From positions 1 to 21,712 of the forward strand of contig JBJCIZ010000490.1 of the NCBI GenBank assembly GCA_051294375.1: a DNA stretch of 21,712 bases, given 5' to 3'. The position numbers and the translations under genes were made by a program. The first letter of the stretch is position 1, and each line of letters opens with the position of its first letter. The notes under the pieces are model-generated. The model did not search any database, had not been told where the DNA came from, and saw only the letters and a program-made list of their open reading frames with translations. Origin of the DNA: Paraspadella gotoi (taxonomy: Eukaryota; Animalia; Chaetognatha). Of this stretch, positions 21,466 to 21,712 are shown one piece after another.

Positions 21466-21712
21466 CTTTATTTCACATCCCCCTCCTCACACAAAATCCC
21501 GATCACCTCATTCACATTCACAGTGACTTCGTTTCTCCTTCGGGCGACAAAAGTGACGCCAATCGAAAAATCCCGCGATGCTGCGGCGCCGCCCGTCACG
21601 CCGCCCGTCGCGCCGCCCGTCGCGCGGGTGAATCGCGCCCTCGGTGAGTTAAGTCGGTGATTCCGAAAGACGACCACTTTTTTTCGAGTCACGTCCGCGT
21701 GAAATGACGTCG
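21466..21712 (-). CDS. Candidate exon (cleaner right-arm copy of 10226-10492)
   Basis: ORF 21468-21692 includes a frame-preserving 12-bp repeat x3 (21587-21622, giving ATGG-ATGG-VTGG) and ends beside a consensus AAG|GTGAGT donor (21465-21460). Confidence 0.28.

Larger units (their letters stand above)
19143..21712 (-). repeat. Outer inverted repeat, right arm (mirror of 10226-12899; truncated by the window end)
   Basis: Reverse-complement collinearity with the left arm. Contains an N gap at 20038-20234. Confidence 0.97.

Overview
This is eukaryotic draft-assembly DNA with five N gaps, dense in (GA/CT)n and (GAC/GTC)n microsatellites. I found no intact recognisable gene, rRNA, tRNA, CRISPR array or transposase. 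The dominant structure is a large inverted duplication: 10226-12899 mirrors 19143-21712 (running off the window end), and 17231-17740 mirrors 17843-18278. Together they suggest one palindrome with arms >7.5 kb, centred on a ~100-bp CT-rich spacer near 17790, with the mirror of 12900-17230 lost in the 862-N gap. The left copy is systematically noisier than the right (extra bases, broken microsatellites). An uncorrected long-read fill-in or mis-oriented contigs is therefore at least as likely as a real palindrome or foldback element. Several frameshift-broken but protein-like segments are visible: an Asp/Glu-rich tract at ~1170-1560 (-), an E/K/R-rich region with a C2H2-like motif at ~5220-8100 (-), and candidate exons inside the repeat arms. 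There is also an E-box/ETS motif cluster, a (AGGGTG) higher-order repeat and a block of nested subrepeats and a minisatellite at 14486-17230. I cannot support a novel biological system here. All comparisons were done by eye.
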